Part shown: positions 21,246 through 30,603 of the stretch, one piece after another | Numbering within the stretch: position 1 is the first letter of the stretch | How the letters are laid out: the number at the start of each line of letters is the position of its first letter | Origin: Alphaproteobacteria bacterium | Lineage (GTDB): Bacteria; Pseudomonadota; Alphaproteobacteria; MPNO01 | Assembly (NCBI GenBank): GCA_965117055.1 | Contig: OZ220750.1 | Coordinates: 4,271,977 to 4,335,976 of the forward strand | Reading direction: 5' to 3' | DNA: 64,000 nucleotides | Position numbers and translations under genes: made by a program | The notes under the pieces: generated by a model | What the model was told of the DNA's origin: nothing | Seen by the model: the letters and a program-made list of their open reading frames with translations, nothing else | Databases searched by the model: none

Positions 21246-21947
21246 CTATGCCCCGCCGATCACGCTCTGGACGTCGAGCTTGATGCCCGGGCCCATCGAC
21301 GAGCTCAGCGCCACGCGCTTGACGTAGGTTCCCTTCGCGCCGCTCGGCTTGGCCTTGACGATGGCATCGGCCAGCGCGCGAATGTTTTCCTTGATGTCGT
21401 CCTCGGCGAAGCTCGCCTTGCCGATCCCGGCATGGACGATCCCGGCCTTCTCGACCCGGAACTCGACCTGACCGCCTTTCGCCGCGCGGACCGCCTCGGA
21501 GACGTCCTGCGTGACGGTGCCGAGCTTGGGGTTGGGCATCAGCCCGCGCGGGCCGAGGATTTTCCCGAGCCGGCCGACCACGGCCATCATGTCGGGCGTG
21601 GCGACGCAGCGGTCGAAATCGATGGTGCCGCCCTGGACGCTCTCGGCGAGGTCCTCGGCGCCGACCAGGTCGGCTCCGGCCTCGCGCGCCTCGTCCGCCT
21701 TGTCGCCGCGCGCGAACACGGCGACCCGCACCGACTTGCCGGTGCCCTTGGGCAGCGAGACGACGCCGCGCACCATCTGGTCGGCATGGCGCGGATCCAC
21801 CCCGAGATTCATCGACAATTCCAGGGTTTCGTCGAACTTGGTGCTGGCGCGTTCCTTGACCAAGCCGACCGCCTCGTCGAGCGCGTAGAGCCGCTCGCGG
21901 TCGATCCCCTCATAGGCCTTGGCGAGGCGCTTTCCCTTCTTGGCCAT
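21246..21947 (-). CDS. rplA: 50S ribosomal protein L1
   Basis: 233 aa [27 protein letters not shown]..., canonical L1. Confidence 0.95.
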   Translation of the reverse strand: MAKKGKRLAKAYEGIDRERLYALDEAVGLVKERASTKFDETLELSMNLGVDPRHADQMVRGVVSLPKGTGKSVRVAVFARGDKADEAREAGADLVGAEDLAESVQGGTIDFDRCVATPDMMAVVGRLGKILGPRGLMPNPKLGTVTQDVSEAVRAAKGGQVEFRVEKAGIVHAGIGKASFAEDDIKENIRALADAIVKAKPSGAKGTYVKRVALSSSMGPGIKLDVQSVIGGA

Positions 21948-21951
21948 CGGC

Positions 21952-22380
21952 TTACTCCATCACCTGCACGCCCATCGACCGCGCGGTCCCGGCGAGCATC
22001 CGGCACGCGGCCTCGACGTCGTTGGCGTTGAGGTCGACCATCTTCTTCTCCGCGATCTCGCGCAGCTGCGACATGCGGACCGCGCCAACCATCTCGTGCC
22101 CGGGCTCGTTCGCGCCGGACTCGAGCCGCGCCGCCTGCTTGATGAAATAGGAGGCCGGCGGGGTCTTGGTCTCGAACGAGAACGAGCGGTCGGCATAGAC
22201 CGTGATCACGGTCGGGATCGGCACGCCCTGTTCCTGGTTCTGCGTGTGCGCGTTGAACGCCTTGCAGAACTCCATGATGTTGACGCCCTGCTGGCCGAGC
22301 GCGGGCCCGATGGGGGGCGACGGATTCGCCTGCCCCGCCGGCACCTGCAACTTGATGAAACCTGCAACCTTTTTCGCCAT
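21952..22380 (-). CDS. rplK: 50S ribosomal protein L11
   Basis: 142 aa [38 protein letters not shown]..., canonical L11. Confidence 0.95.
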   Translation of the reverse strand: MAKKVAGFIKLQVPAGQANPSPPIGPALGQQGVNIMEFCKAFNAHTQNQEQGVPIPTVITVYADRSFSFETKTPPASYFIKQAARLESGANEPGHEMVGAVRMSQLREIAEKKMVDLNANDVEAACRMLAGTARSMGVQVME

Positions 22381-22421
22381 CTTTCGCCCGCCGCCTCAGA
22401 TATCCACCAACCGCCCCGCCG

Positions 22422-22958
22422 TCAGAGCTTTTCGACCTGGGCGTATTCGAGCTCGACCGGGGTCGAGCGGCCGAAGATCGAGACCGCCACCTTGAGCCGG
22501 GCGCGTTCCTCGTCGATCTCCTCCACGGTTCCGTTGAAGGAGGTGAAGGGACCGTCGCTGACCCTGACCTGCTCGCCGACGTCGAAGGTGATCGACGGCT
22601 TGGGCCGCTCTACCCCCTCCTGGACCTGGCGCAGGATGCGCTGCGTCTCGGCCTCGGAGATCGGCGACGGCTTGCCGTGCCCGCCGCTGCCGAGGAACCC
22701 GGTGACCTTGGGCGTGTCCTTGACCAGGTGCCATGTCTCGTCGGTCAACTCCATCTTGATCAGCACGTAGCCCGGGAAGAACTTCCGGTCCGCGCGCACC
22801 TTGGCGCCGCGGCGCATGCGGACCACCTCCTCGGTCGGCACCAGGACCTCGTCGAACATGTCGTCCAGATGCTTCTGCACCGCCTGCTCGCGGATCGACT
22901 GGGCGACCTTGTTCTCGAAGCCCGAGTAGACGTGGATCACGTACCAGCGCGCCGTCAT
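22422..22958 (-). CDS. nusG: Transcription termination/antitermination factor NusG
   Basis: 178 aa MTARWYVIHVYSGFENKV... with the KOW region. Confidence 0.95.
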   Translation of the reverse strand: MTARWYVIHVYSGFENKVAQSIREQAVQKHLDDMFDEVLVPTEEVVRMRRGAKVRADRKFFPGYVLIKMELTDETWHLVKDTPKVTGFLGSGGHGKPSPISEAETQRILRQVQEGVERPKPSITFDVGEQVRVSDGPFTSFNGTVEEIDEERARLKVAVSIFGRSTPVELEYAQVEKL

Positions 22959-22961
22959 TCC

Positions 22962-23159
22962 CTAGCCCCCGAGACCCAGCACCGCGCGGACCGCGACCGA
23001 AAGGATCTGGTCCACCACGAAGAAGAACACCGCGGCCAGGGCGACGAAGATGAACACCATCACCGTCGTCACCAGGGTCTCCCGGCGGCTCGGCCAGGTC
23101 ACCCGGGCGACCTCGCGGCGAACCTGCTGAACGAACTCGATGGGGTTGATTTTCGCCAT
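22962..23159 (-). CDS. secE: Preprotein translocase subunit SecE
   Basis: Start placed at MAKINPIEFVQQVRREVARVTWPSRRE followed by a single transmembrane helix; position between tRNA-Trp and nusG. Confidence 0.85.
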   Translation of the reverse strand: MAKINPIEFVQQVRREVARVTWPSRRETLVTTVMVFIFVALAAVFFFVVDQILSVAVRAVLGLGG

Positions 23160-23200
23160 CTGTCCTCGACCGACCGTCACCCGTCAGACGCCGCACCGGC

Positions 23201-23276
23201 TGGCAGGAGTGGAGGGATTCGAACCCCCAACCCCCGGTTTTGGAGACCGGTGCTCTGCCAATTGAGCTACACTCCT
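23201..23276 (-). tRNA. trpT: tRNA-Trp (anticodon CCA)
   Basis: Reverse complement gives AGGAGTGTAGCTCAATTGGCAGAGCACCGGTCTCCAAAACCGG...TCGAATCCCTCCACTCCTGCCA. It has a cloverleaf, the anticodon loop CTCCAAA and an encoded CCA. Confidence 0.9.
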
Positions 23277-23308
23277 GTGGCCGCGCCCGCCGTCTCCGGG
23301 CTCGAACC

Positions 23309-24501
23309 TGCTACTCGATGATCTGTGCGACGACGCCGGCGCCGACGGTGCGCCCGCCCTCGCGGATCGCGAACCGCAGACCCTCGTCCATCGCGATGGG
23401 CACGATCAGCTCGACGTCCATCGAGACGTTGTCCCCCGGCATCACCATCTCCGTCCCCTCCGGCAACGCAACCTGGCCCGTCACGTCCGTCGTCCGGAAG
23501 TAGAACTGCGGACGGTAGTTCGAGAAGAACGGCGTGTGACGGCCCCCCTCCTCCTTGGTCAGAATGTACGCCTCCGCCTTGAACTTCGTGTGCGGCGTGA
23601 TCGAACCCGGACGCGCCAATACCTGGCCGCGCTCCACCTCGGTCCGCCCGACCCCGCGCAGCAGGCAGCCCACATTGTCCCCAGCCTCGCCGCTGTCCAG
23701 AAGCTTGCGGAACATCTCCACGCCCGTAACCACCGTCTTCGAGGTCTCCTTCAACCCGACGATCTCGACCTCCTCGCCGACATTGATCGTCCCCCGCTCG
23801 ATCCGGCCCGTCACAACCGTCCCACGCCCCGATATCGAGAACACGTCCTCGATCGGCATCAGAAACGCCATGTCCTTCGGGCGGTCCGGCTGAGGAACGT
23901 AATCGTCAACCGCCGTCATCAGCTCCAGCACCGAACCCGTCGCCGCCGGACCCTCGCCGCCCTCCAGAGCCTGAAGCGCCGAGCCCCGCACCACCGGAAT
24001 GTCGTCGCCCGGGAAGTCGTAGCTCGACAGCAACTCCCGGACCTCAAGCTCTACCAGATCCAGAATCTCCTCGTCGTCCACCTGGTCCACCTTGTTCATG
24101 TAGACCACGATCGCCGGAACCCCCACCTGGCGCGCCAGCAGGATGTGCTCCCGGGTCTGCGGCATCGGGCCGTCCGCCGCCGACACCACCAGGATCGCAC
24201 CGTCCATCTGAGCCGCCCCGGTGATCATGTTCTTCACGTAGTCCGCGTGACCCGGGCAATCCACGTGCGCGTAGTGGCGCGCGCCGGTCTCGTACTCGAC
24301 ATGCGCCGTCGCGATGGTGATCCCCCGCGCCTTCTCCTCCGGCGCCTTGTCGATCTGGTCGTAGGACGTGAACTCCGCCCCGCCGGCCTCCGCCAGAACC
24401 TTGGTGATCGCCGCCGTCAGCGTCGTCTTGCCGTGATCGACATGCCCGATCGTCCCCACATTGCAGTGCGGCTTCGTACGCTCGAACCTAGCCTTCGCCA
24501 T
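23309..24501. repeat. Duplicated tuf segment, copy 2
   Basis: See copy 1. The flanks are unique (tRNA-Trp on one side, tRNA-Gly on the other). Confidence 0.9.
23311..24501 (-). CDS. tuf: Elongation factor Tu, copy 2 (protein identical to copy 1)
   Basis: The same 396-aa translation as copy 1. The nucleotide sequence is near-identical from 23309 to 24501, with one synonymous TTT/TTC difference noticed. The listed ORF N-terminal extension is an artefact. Confidence 0.97.
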   Translation of the reverse strand: MAKARFERTKPHCNVGTIGHVDHGKTTLTAAITKVLAEAGGAEFTSYDQIDKAPEEKARGITIATAHVEYETGARHYAHVDCPGHADYVKNMITGAAQMDGAILVVSAADGPMPQTREHILLARQVGVPAIVVYMNKVDQVDDEEILDLVELEVRELLSSYDFPGDDIPVVRGSALQALEGGEGPAATGSVLELMTAVDDYVPQPDRPKDMAFLMPIEDVFSISGRGTVVTGRIERGTINVGEEVEIVGLKETSKTVVTGVEMFRKLLDSGEAGDNVGCLLRGVGRTEVERGQVLARPGSITPHTKFKAEAYILTKEEGGRHTPFFSNYRPQFYFRTTDVTGQVALPEGTEMVMPGDNVSMDVELIVPIAMDEGLRFAIREGGRTVGAGVVAQIIE

Positions 24502-24565
24502 AACTACCTTTCCCCGGTGTGGTCTGGCGCGACGGTCCGCCGGGCGGTCGCGCGCAAATCGTGGT

Positions 24566-24639
24566 TGGAGCGGGTGATGGGAATCGAACCCACACAACCA
24601 GCTTGGAAGGCTGGGGCTCTACCATTGAGCTACACCCGC
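24566..24639 (-). tRNA. tRNA-Gly (anticodon TCC)
   Basis: RC is GCGGGTGTAGCTCAATGGTAGAGCCCCAGCCTTCCAAGCTGG...GGTTCGATTCCCATCACCCGCTCCA. It has a cloverleaf and the anticodon loop CTTCCAA. It sits upstream of tuf, as in the enterobacterial tufB tRNA cluster. Confidence 0.88.
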
Positions 24640-24732
24640 GCGAGGTTTCTGGGCCTTTCGCTGCAATGGCCGTTCGCTCCACCAAGACGCTCCGGATCCT
24701 CCGAGCCCGCCCGAGCACCGTCGCGGAGGGCT

Positions 24733-24817
24733 GGTGGAGGGGGTTGGATTCGAACCAACGTAGGCAAACGCCAACGGGTTTACAGCCCGTCCCCTTTAGC
24801 CACTCGGGCACCCCTCC
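24733..24817 (-). tRNA. tRNA-Tyr (anticodon GTA), type II with a long variable arm
   Basis: RC is GGAGGGGTGCCCGAGTGGCTAAAGGGGACGGGCTGTAAACCCGTTGGCGTTTGCCTACGTTGGTTCGAATCCAACCCCTCCACCA, with anticodon loop CTGTAAA. Confidence 0.88.
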
Positions 24818-24944
24818 GGACCCGCCGAACTAGGCGATCTGACTTCCCATGTCAACGACATGAAAAGGTCGAAAGCGCCCGTCCCGGACCATGGGAGGCG
24901 CGCCATGCAGGATTAGTCGTTCGGTTAATGACGATCCCGATTAT

Positions 24945-25698
24945 AGTCGCTCCCATGACGAGAAACAAGGGCAAGCGGCGGGGGCGCGAAAGCCGCTCCG
25001 CGGTCTGGCTCTACGGCCGCCACGCGGTGGCCGCGGCGCTTGCCAATCCGAAGCGCGGGCGGGTCCGGTTTCTCGCCGAGAACGAGGCCGCTGCGGCCTT
25101 CGCGGAGCACGCGCCCGAGATCGTCGAGCGCGCGGTGCTGCGCCAGGTGCTGCCGGAGGGCGCGGTGCACCAGGGGCTCGCCCTCCTCGCGGAGCCCTTG
25201 CCGGATGCCGGGCTCGACTCGCTTCTGCGCGCGGCGGAGGCGCGGAAACGCGCGGCGCTGGTGGTCCTCGACCGGGTGCAGGACCCGCAGAACGTGGGCG
25301 CCGTCCTGAGAAGCGCCGCGGCGCTCGGCGCGCTCGGCATGGTGATCCCGGACCGCCGCGCCCCGCCGGAAACCGGCGCGCTGGCCAAGGCGGCTTCGGG
25401 CGCGCTCGAACGCGTGCCGGTGATCCGGGCCGCCAACCTCGCCCGCGCGCTGGCCGCGATGAAGGCGCGCGGGTTCTGGTGCGTCGGTTTCGACGCCGAT
25501 TCGGAAACCGAGCTCTCGCCGGGCGCGCTGCCGGATCGCTGTGCGCTGGTGCTCGGCGCGGAGGGCGGCGGGCTGCGCCGGCTGACGGCGGAGACCTGCG
25601 ACCTGATGCTGCGGATCCCGATGGAGGAAGGGGCGGCGAGCCTCAACGTCTCGGCCGCCGCGGCGATCGCCCTCTACGCCCACTCCCAGGGAACGTGA
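24945..25698 (+). CDS. SpoU/TrmH-family RNA 2'-O-methyltransferase (RlmB-like 23S rRNA Gm methyltransferase)
   Basis: The C-terminal 250 aa of the listed ORF (MTRNKGKRRGRESRSAVWLYGRHAV...VLDRVQDPQNVGAVLRSAAALG...LVLGAEGGGLR...SLNVSAAAAIALY) carry SpoU methylase motifs. An alternative ATG lies at 24918. The 5' part of the 720-aa ORF is antisense read-through of tuf. Confidence 0.8.
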
Positions 25699-25704
25699 AC
25701 CCGC

Positions 25705-27108
25705 TCAGGCGGGGCAGGCAATCGCGCGGTGCAGGGCGCGCACCGCCTGGACGAAACACTCCATCGGGGCGGCGGTGATGCCGGCGCCGATCTGCCCGAT
25801 CCCGGCCTCCCGGTGGGCGATCCCGGTGTTGACGATGGGTAGAATCCCGCTGTCGGCGACCTTGCGCACGTCGATCCCGGCCGGCGCGGCGGCGAAATCG
25901 AGGATCGGCAGGGTGAAGGCCGGGTTCTCGCCGATGGTCACCCGGCGCATCTCGCGGCTGGCGGCGATCGCCTCGCTCGCGCTGCCGCCGACGAAGCGGA
26001 CGATGGCGGGCGCCGCGGCCATGGCGAATCCGCCGAGCCCGGCGGTCTCGGTGATCGCGCTGTCGCCGATATCGCGCGCCGCGTCCTCCCGGGAGAAACC
26101 GGAGAAGTAGAGCCCCTCGACGACGGGCGCGGGGGCGGCGAACCAGCGGTCGCCCGTTCCGCTCATCTGGATGCCGAACTCCACGCCGTTCCGCGCCATC
26201 GCGATGACCATCGACGAAAACGGCACGTCGTGCGCGGCGTCGAGCATCGCCTTGCAGGCCGCCATCGAGAGGTTGATGAAGAAGTGGTCGTTGCCGGCCA
26301 TGAACGCGAACGCCCGGGAAACCGCGTCGGGATCGGCGCCCGAGCGGAGCGCCGGCGGAACCAGCCGCTTGATCAGGAGCGAGGTGGCCGCCGCGTTGCG
26401 GTTATGCGCCTCGTCGCCCATGTGGAGCGCCTGCGCGATCAGCGGCTTGAGCGCGATGGGACCGCTCTCGTCGAGCGCGCGGGCGAGGATGCCGGCGAGC
26501 TCGCCCCGCATCCAGCGCAGCCGTTCGATCACCTCGGGTCCGTTGGCGCCGAACCGCAGCACCTTGCCGAGCCCCTCGTTGAGCCCGGAACAGGCGACAT
26601 TCCCGGCGTCGGCGTTCTCCACGATCCACATCGGCATCGAGGGCGAGGTGACACCGGACATCGGACCCACCGCGCAATGGTGGTGGCACGAATCGAATTC
26701 GATCCCGCCCGCATCCACGAGCGCGCGCGCCGCATCGAGATCGTCGGCCCAGCCTTCGAACAGCACCGCGCCCAGCACCGCGCCCCGCATCGGCCCGCAC
26801 ATCTCCTCCCAGGCCACCGGCGGGCCGGCGTGGAGGATCGTGCGCGCGCCCATCCCCGGCAGCACGTCGATCGCCGGCCCGATTCCCTGCACCGTGGGCT
26901 CCGCGGCCAGGAAGCGTCCGAACGCGGCCCGGTTCGCGGCTTCGATTTGCGTATGCTCCACCAGGGTCGCGAGTTCCATCCCGGCCTCGCGCGACCCGCC
27001 GGCCGGGGGTCGCCAGTCGATGTCGCGGACGGCGCCTCCTTCCTCCTGTATGGCCTCGGCGAACGCCCCGATGCCAAGATTGAGCACCGCGGGGGCGCGT
27101 TTCAGCAT
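25705..27108 (-). CDS. DUF1116-family protein (YlbE-like)
   Basis: Start placed at MLKRAP (GGGGAGG SD upstream, 8 nt after the fdrA-like stop). Blocks HAGPP..W.EMCGPMRGA..GA.LFEGWA, CHH..AVGPM.G.TS.SMPM..VEN, LNEG.GKV.RFGA.G, DSAITET.G.GG.AMAAAP..VRFVG and NTGIAHREAGIGQIGAG resemble E. coli YlbE/DUF1116 as I recall it. This needs HMM confirmation. Confidence 0.7.
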   Translation of the reverse strand: MLKRAPAVLNLGIGAFAEAIQEEGGAVRDIDWRPPAGGSREAGMELATLVEHTQIEAANRAAFGRFLAAEPTVQGIGPAIDVLPGMGARTILHAGPPVAWEEMCGPMRGAVLGAVLFEGWADDLDAARALVDAGGIEFDSCHHHCAVGPMSGVTSPSMPMWIVENADAGNVACSGLNEGLGKVLRFGANGPEVIERLRWMRGELAGILARALDESGPIALKPLIAQALHMGDEAHNRNAAATSLLIKRLVPPALRSGADPDAVSRAFAFMAGNDHFFINLSMAACKAMLDAAHDVPFSSMVIAMARNGVEFGIQMSGTGDRWFAAPAPVVEGLYFSGFSREDAARDIGDSAITETAGLGGFAMAAAPAIVRFVGGSASEAIAASREMRRVTIGENPAFTLPILDFAAAPAGIDVRKVADSGILPIVNTGIAHREAGIGQIGAGITAAPMECFVQAVRALHRAIACPA

Positions 27109-27116
27109 GTCTTCGC

Positions 27117-28607
27117 TCACGCCGCCTCCCCGCCCGAGATTTCGGCCGCGGCGCGCGCCGCGCGGGCATTGCTCTCGGCGACGATCATGCCGGCCTCGCG
27201 CAGCGCCGCCTCCTGGCGTGACAGGCATTGGGGATCGGCGTCGGTACCGCACACCGAGCCGACTACGGCCGGACCGTCGATTTGGCGGATCGCGGGCGCG
27301 AGGACGGAGGCGGGGTCCTCGTGCGCGCCGGTCCCGAGCACGACGTCGATCAGGATCGCGGCGGTGTCGGGGGCCGAGGCGGCGTCCCGGATACGCTCCA
27401 GCCGGAGGCCGAAATCGATCATCGGATGCGGCCGCCCGCGGGTGAAGGCGTCGTCCCCCAGATCGAGCATGACATGCGCCCCGCCGGGATTGCCGTCCAG
27501 CGCGTCGCCGGGATCGAGCGGCGCGTTGGAAAGAATCCGTCCGAGAACGGGCGCCGCGACCGCCTGGGCCTCGTAACAGAAGGTGCCGCCGCTGAAGAGG
27601 CCGACGAGCCGGTTCCGGCCGGGCGTCCGGGGGACATCCGGCGGAGCGTTCGGAATCGGAGCGCCCGCCGCGAGGCAGGCCGCCTCTTCGAGCGTCGCCG
27701 CGAAACGCACGTTACCGGGGAGGGCCTTCGGCAGGGCCGCGCCGATGAGACAAGCGACGACCGGCTTCCCGGTCCCCGAGGCGGCGTCGAGCACGCGGCG
27801 CATCACGGAATCGTCGGGAGGCTTGGAGACCAGGACGACGGTCCGGGTGGCCTCGTCGTCGGCCAGCATGGCGAGCGCGCGCAGCGTCGTCGCTCCCCCG
27901 ATTTCGGCCGACAGGTCCCGCCCGCCGGTCCCGATGGCGTGCGAGATCCCCGCGCCGCATCGGTCGACCAGGCAGGCGACCTGCTGCAACCCGGTGCCGG
28001 AAGCTCCGACCGCGCCGACATCGCCGCGCCGCACCCGGTTCGCGAAGCCGAGCGGCACGCCGCCGACGATCGCGGTGCCGCAATCCGGGCCCATGACCAG
28101 CCTGCCGCGCTCTTCGGCCTCGCGTTTCAGGGCGATTTCGTCGTCGAGCGAAACGTTGTCGGAGAAGATCATCGCGTCGAGCCCGAGGCGGAGCGCCTTC
28201 ATCGCCTCCGCCGCGGCGTACTCGCCGGGGCAGGAGATCAGCGCGAGGGTCGCGCCGGGCAGGGCTTCCCTCGCCTCGGCGAGGCTGCGGGGCCGCCCGG
28301 GTGGGGTATCGTCACCAGCGGCGGTCGGGGACCCGGCTTCGCTCTCAAGCAAGGCCGCCGCCGCGTCGAGCGCTTCCGCGAGAACCTCGCCGTCATCTCC
28401 CTCCACGACCACCAGGAGATCGTTCGGCCCGGCTCCCGTCTCCGCGACCGGTACGCCGTGCTCGGCCAGCATTTCTAGGTTGGCGGGCGTCGCCATTACC
28501 GCAGACGCCCGCGTGACGCCGGGCCGCGCTTCGAGCGCCGCGGCGAGGCGCATCAGGGTCACGGAGTCGCGGTAGAGGCCGCGCAGCAGCAGCGTCTCGA
28601 CCGCCAT
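27117..28607 (-). CDS. fdrA: FdrA-like protein (acyl-CoA synthetase NDP-forming alpha-domain / CoA-binding fold)
   Basis: 496 aa. Motifs LLRGLYRDSVTLMRL, VMATPANLEML, LALISCPGEYAAAEAMKALRLGLDAMIFSDNVSLDDEIALKREAEERGRLVMGPDCGTAIVGGVPLGFAN, GASGTGLQ and HAIGTGGRDLS track E. coli FdrA closely. Confidence 0.8.
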   Translation of the reverse strand: MAVETLLLRGLYRDSVTLMRLAAALEARPGVTRASAVMATPANLEMLAEHGVPVAETGAGPNDLLVVVEGDDGEVLAEALDAAAALLESEAGSPTAAGDDTPPGRPRSLAEAREALPGATLALISCPGEYAAAEAMKALRLGLDAMIFSDNVSLDDEIALKREAEERGRLVMGPDCGTAIVGGVPLGFANRVRRGDVGAVGASGTGLQQVACLVDRCGAGISHAIGTGGRDLSAEIGGATTLRALAMLADDEATRTVVLVSKPPDDSVMRRVLDAASGTGKPVVACLIGAALPKALPGNVRFAATLEEAACLAAGAPIPNAPPDVPRTPGRNRLVGLFSGGTFCYEAQAVAAPVLGRILSNAPLDPGDALDGNPGGAHVMLDLGDDAFTRGRPHPMIDFGLRLERIRDAASAPDTAAILIDVVLGTGAHEDPASVLAPAIRQIDGPAVVGSVCGTDADPQCLSRQEAALREAGMIVAESNARAARAAAEISGGEAA

Positions 28608-28616
28608 CGGGGTGCC

Positions 28617-29726
28617 TTACGCGGGCAGCTTGTCCATGTCGACGATCGCCGCCACCATCCCGCCGCCGGCCGGCCCCTGCTGGAGCGCGGCGACCGAGAC
28701 GAAGACCGCCGGATCGCCGACCGCGGCCGAGACCACCCCGCCCACCGTCGCCTTTGTCGTAAGGGTGTGGTGCACGTCGGAATCGTTGAGCGAGACCTGC
28801 CGCCTGCCGCGCAGCCGCCCGGTCGGGTCGGTCTCGCACTTGACGAAGCAGTTGACCAGCGCATCGCCGAGATCCGACGGGTGCGGCCGGTCCGGCAGGT
28901 TCAGCCCGGCGTCGCGGATCGCCTCGTAGATCCCGTCCGTGTCGATCGCGTCCTTCATCACCGAATGGCCGATGCGGAACCGGCCGCCGGCGCCCTTCCG
29001 GTTGCCGACGACGACGATCTGCGCCGCCAGCTGCTCGTTGCCGCTGGAGCACGACGCGACCGACGAATAGACGTCGAAGTCTTTCCCGATCTGGTCCTCG
29101 CGCGGCATCGGGATCTCGCCGAGCGCGTAACCGATGCCGAGCGCCGCGGTGGCGTTGGCGATCGACATCGATTCCATGGTCTCCTCGGTGGCCACGGTAT
29201 GGCCGCGCGCCTTGGCGTCGGCGATGGTCTCGACGGTGAGCAGGGGGGACTTGGACTGGACGTAGTGGATGTCGGACGCATCCTCGATGCCGGCGTCCAG
29301 CATCGCGAGCTTCACCCCCGCGGCGACCTTCTCCACGCCCGCCGGCCGGCCGATGTCCTCGGGCGCGATCGCCTCGGACATGGCGATGCCCATGGCGAGC
29401 CGTTCGGCCTCCGGGTCGGCATCGGGATCGTCCACCCGCGCGAACACGTTGATATGGGGCGAGATGACGCCGGGGCAGCCGCCCGACAGCGCGATCGGCA
29501 CCCGCATGGCGGCCTCGCGTCCGCCGCTCCCCCCGGCCACCAGGAAGTCGCGCAGCACCCGGTCGACCAGGATGCGGCCCAGATCGTTGACCCCGCCATT
29601 GCCCTCGGTCTTGGCGACCAGCGCCACGATGTCGTCGACGCCGAACCCCTCCTCCGCCATCGCCGCCTCGATGCCGGCGGTATCCTGAACGCTCTCCATC
29701 GGAACCTTGCGGGCGACGATCGCCAT
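28617..29726 (-). CDS. Ring-opening amidohydrolase of the cyanuric acid hydrolase (AtzD/TrzD) / barbiturase family
   Basis: 369 aa. KTEGNGGVNDLGR, ALSGGCPGVISPHINVFAR, HYVQSKSPLL, SLNDSDVHHTLTTKATVGGVVSAAVG and QQGPAGGGMVAAIV parallel the AtzD blocks KTEGNGCVND, SGGTEGVLSPHHTVFAR, HFVQVKCPLL, LSDSDINSTRHARAVTGAAIASVVG and HQGPAGGG. The length and three-repeat architecture are typical of the family. Confidence 0.8.
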   Translation of the reverse strand: MAIVARKVPMESVQDTAGIEAAMAEEGFGVDDIVALVAKTEGNGGVNDLGRILVDRVLRDFLVAGGSGGREAAMRVPIALSGGCPGVISPHINVFARVDDPDADPEAERLAMGIAMSEAIAPEDIGRPAGVEKVAAGVKLAMLDAGIEDASDIHYVQSKSPLLTVETIADAKARGHTVATEETMESMSIANATAALGIGYALGEIPMPREDQIGKDFDVYSSVASCSSGNEQLAAQIVVVGNRKGAGGRFRIGHSVMKDAIDTDGIYEAIRDAGLNLPDRPHPSDLGDALVNCFVKCETDPTGRLRGRRQVSLNDSDVHHTLTTKATVGGVVSAAVGDPAVFVSVAALQQGPAGGGMVAAIVDMDKLPA

Positions 29727-29824
29727 GGCTTCCCCCTTCGATTTCCCGTAACCCTGCCCCGCAGGCTAGCAGAGACGCCGCCGCGCTTGAACGCGGGCCG
29801 GAGCGGCGCTATTTGTGGCCGGCT

Positions 29825-29900
29825 GCCGGATTAGCTCAGATGGTAGAGCGGCTGATTTGTAATCAGCAGGTCGGCGGTTCGAGCCCGTCATCCGGCACCA
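29825..29900 (+). tRNA. tRNA-Thr (anticodon TGT)
   Basis: GCCGGATTAGCTCAGATGGTAGAGCGGCTGATTTGTAATCAGCAGGTCGGCGGTTCGAGCCCGTCATCCGGCACCA. Acceptor stem GCCGGAT/ATCCGGC, anticodon loop TTTGTAA, encoded CCA. Confidence 0.85.
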
Positions 29901-30603
29901 GCCTTTTCGTTGGTATACGGGTAGAATACGTCAGGGTTGTCGCCCTATTTTGTCACTTTCGACAGCGAGTTTGTCGCCGTTGTCCTCGTTTTGAGCTCGA
30001 CGATGGCCACGCGGGGGAGGCGTTCCTTGTTGGCGCCGTGCGTCAACCGCCTGCCATCACGGCCTACCGATAGCCTGTGATCGCCATGATCTCGCGGTCC
30101 GTCGCGCATGCTTCGGCAAGCCGCGCGTGCGTAGTAGGGGCCGTGAAACTTGGGACCTTTCAAGCCCAAGCGGCCCGACCCCGACAATTTTGCCAAGGCC
30201 GCAATCGACGCTTGCAGCAGCAGCGCATCCCGGACGCCTTCGCTTGGCTGGGGGGCTCGGGGTCGCCGCACGCGCCCGCCCCGTCCAGCTGATGTTTCTT
30301 GTGGGCTCCAAGTCGAGCGGCAGCACCTTCTACAACACGGGGCAGCCTGCGCTCACACAAGCTGATTGGGTATCCCGCCCCGGGATAGGCGGTTGCGCTG
30401 CTGGTGTCGTTCGTCGAGAGGTGGCGGGCTTCCGAACGTCCAGATGTGTACGGGGCAGTGCAGGGGCCCCGGTCCTTTCCAAGTTGCCGTTCAGGCGACC
30501 GGAGCGCATATTCCGCGCCGGTCCCGGAAAGCCAAGGAAAAGCAAACAAAACCCCGGGCGCATACCAGATGGCAGAGGCGGGTCCGGAGCGTACGAGGTG
30601 AAT

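Noticed and set aside
23309-24501. Second tuf copy as an assembly duplication artefact
   Set aside because: Both copies have distinct, biologically sensible flanks (fusA/rpsJ versus tRNA-Gly/tRNA-Trp), and at least one synonymous difference exists between them.
24488-24833. ORFs 24488-24811 (-) and 24519-24833 (+)
   Set aside because: They overlap the tRNA-Gly and tRNA-Tyr genes; no coding signature.
23536-24944. 5' two-thirds of the 720-aa ORF 23536-25698
   Set aside because: It reads antisense through tuf copy 2 and across tRNA-Gly and tRNA-Tyr before entering the methyltransferase frame. Only the 3' 250 codons show SpoU-family similarity, so the gene is called from about 24945.
29945-30271. 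108-aa minus-strand ORF inside the tRNA-Thr island
   Set aside because: No recognisable motif, no SD, and it overlaps the AT-rich island edge. It could be a relic of a lost integrase, but I cannot support a call.
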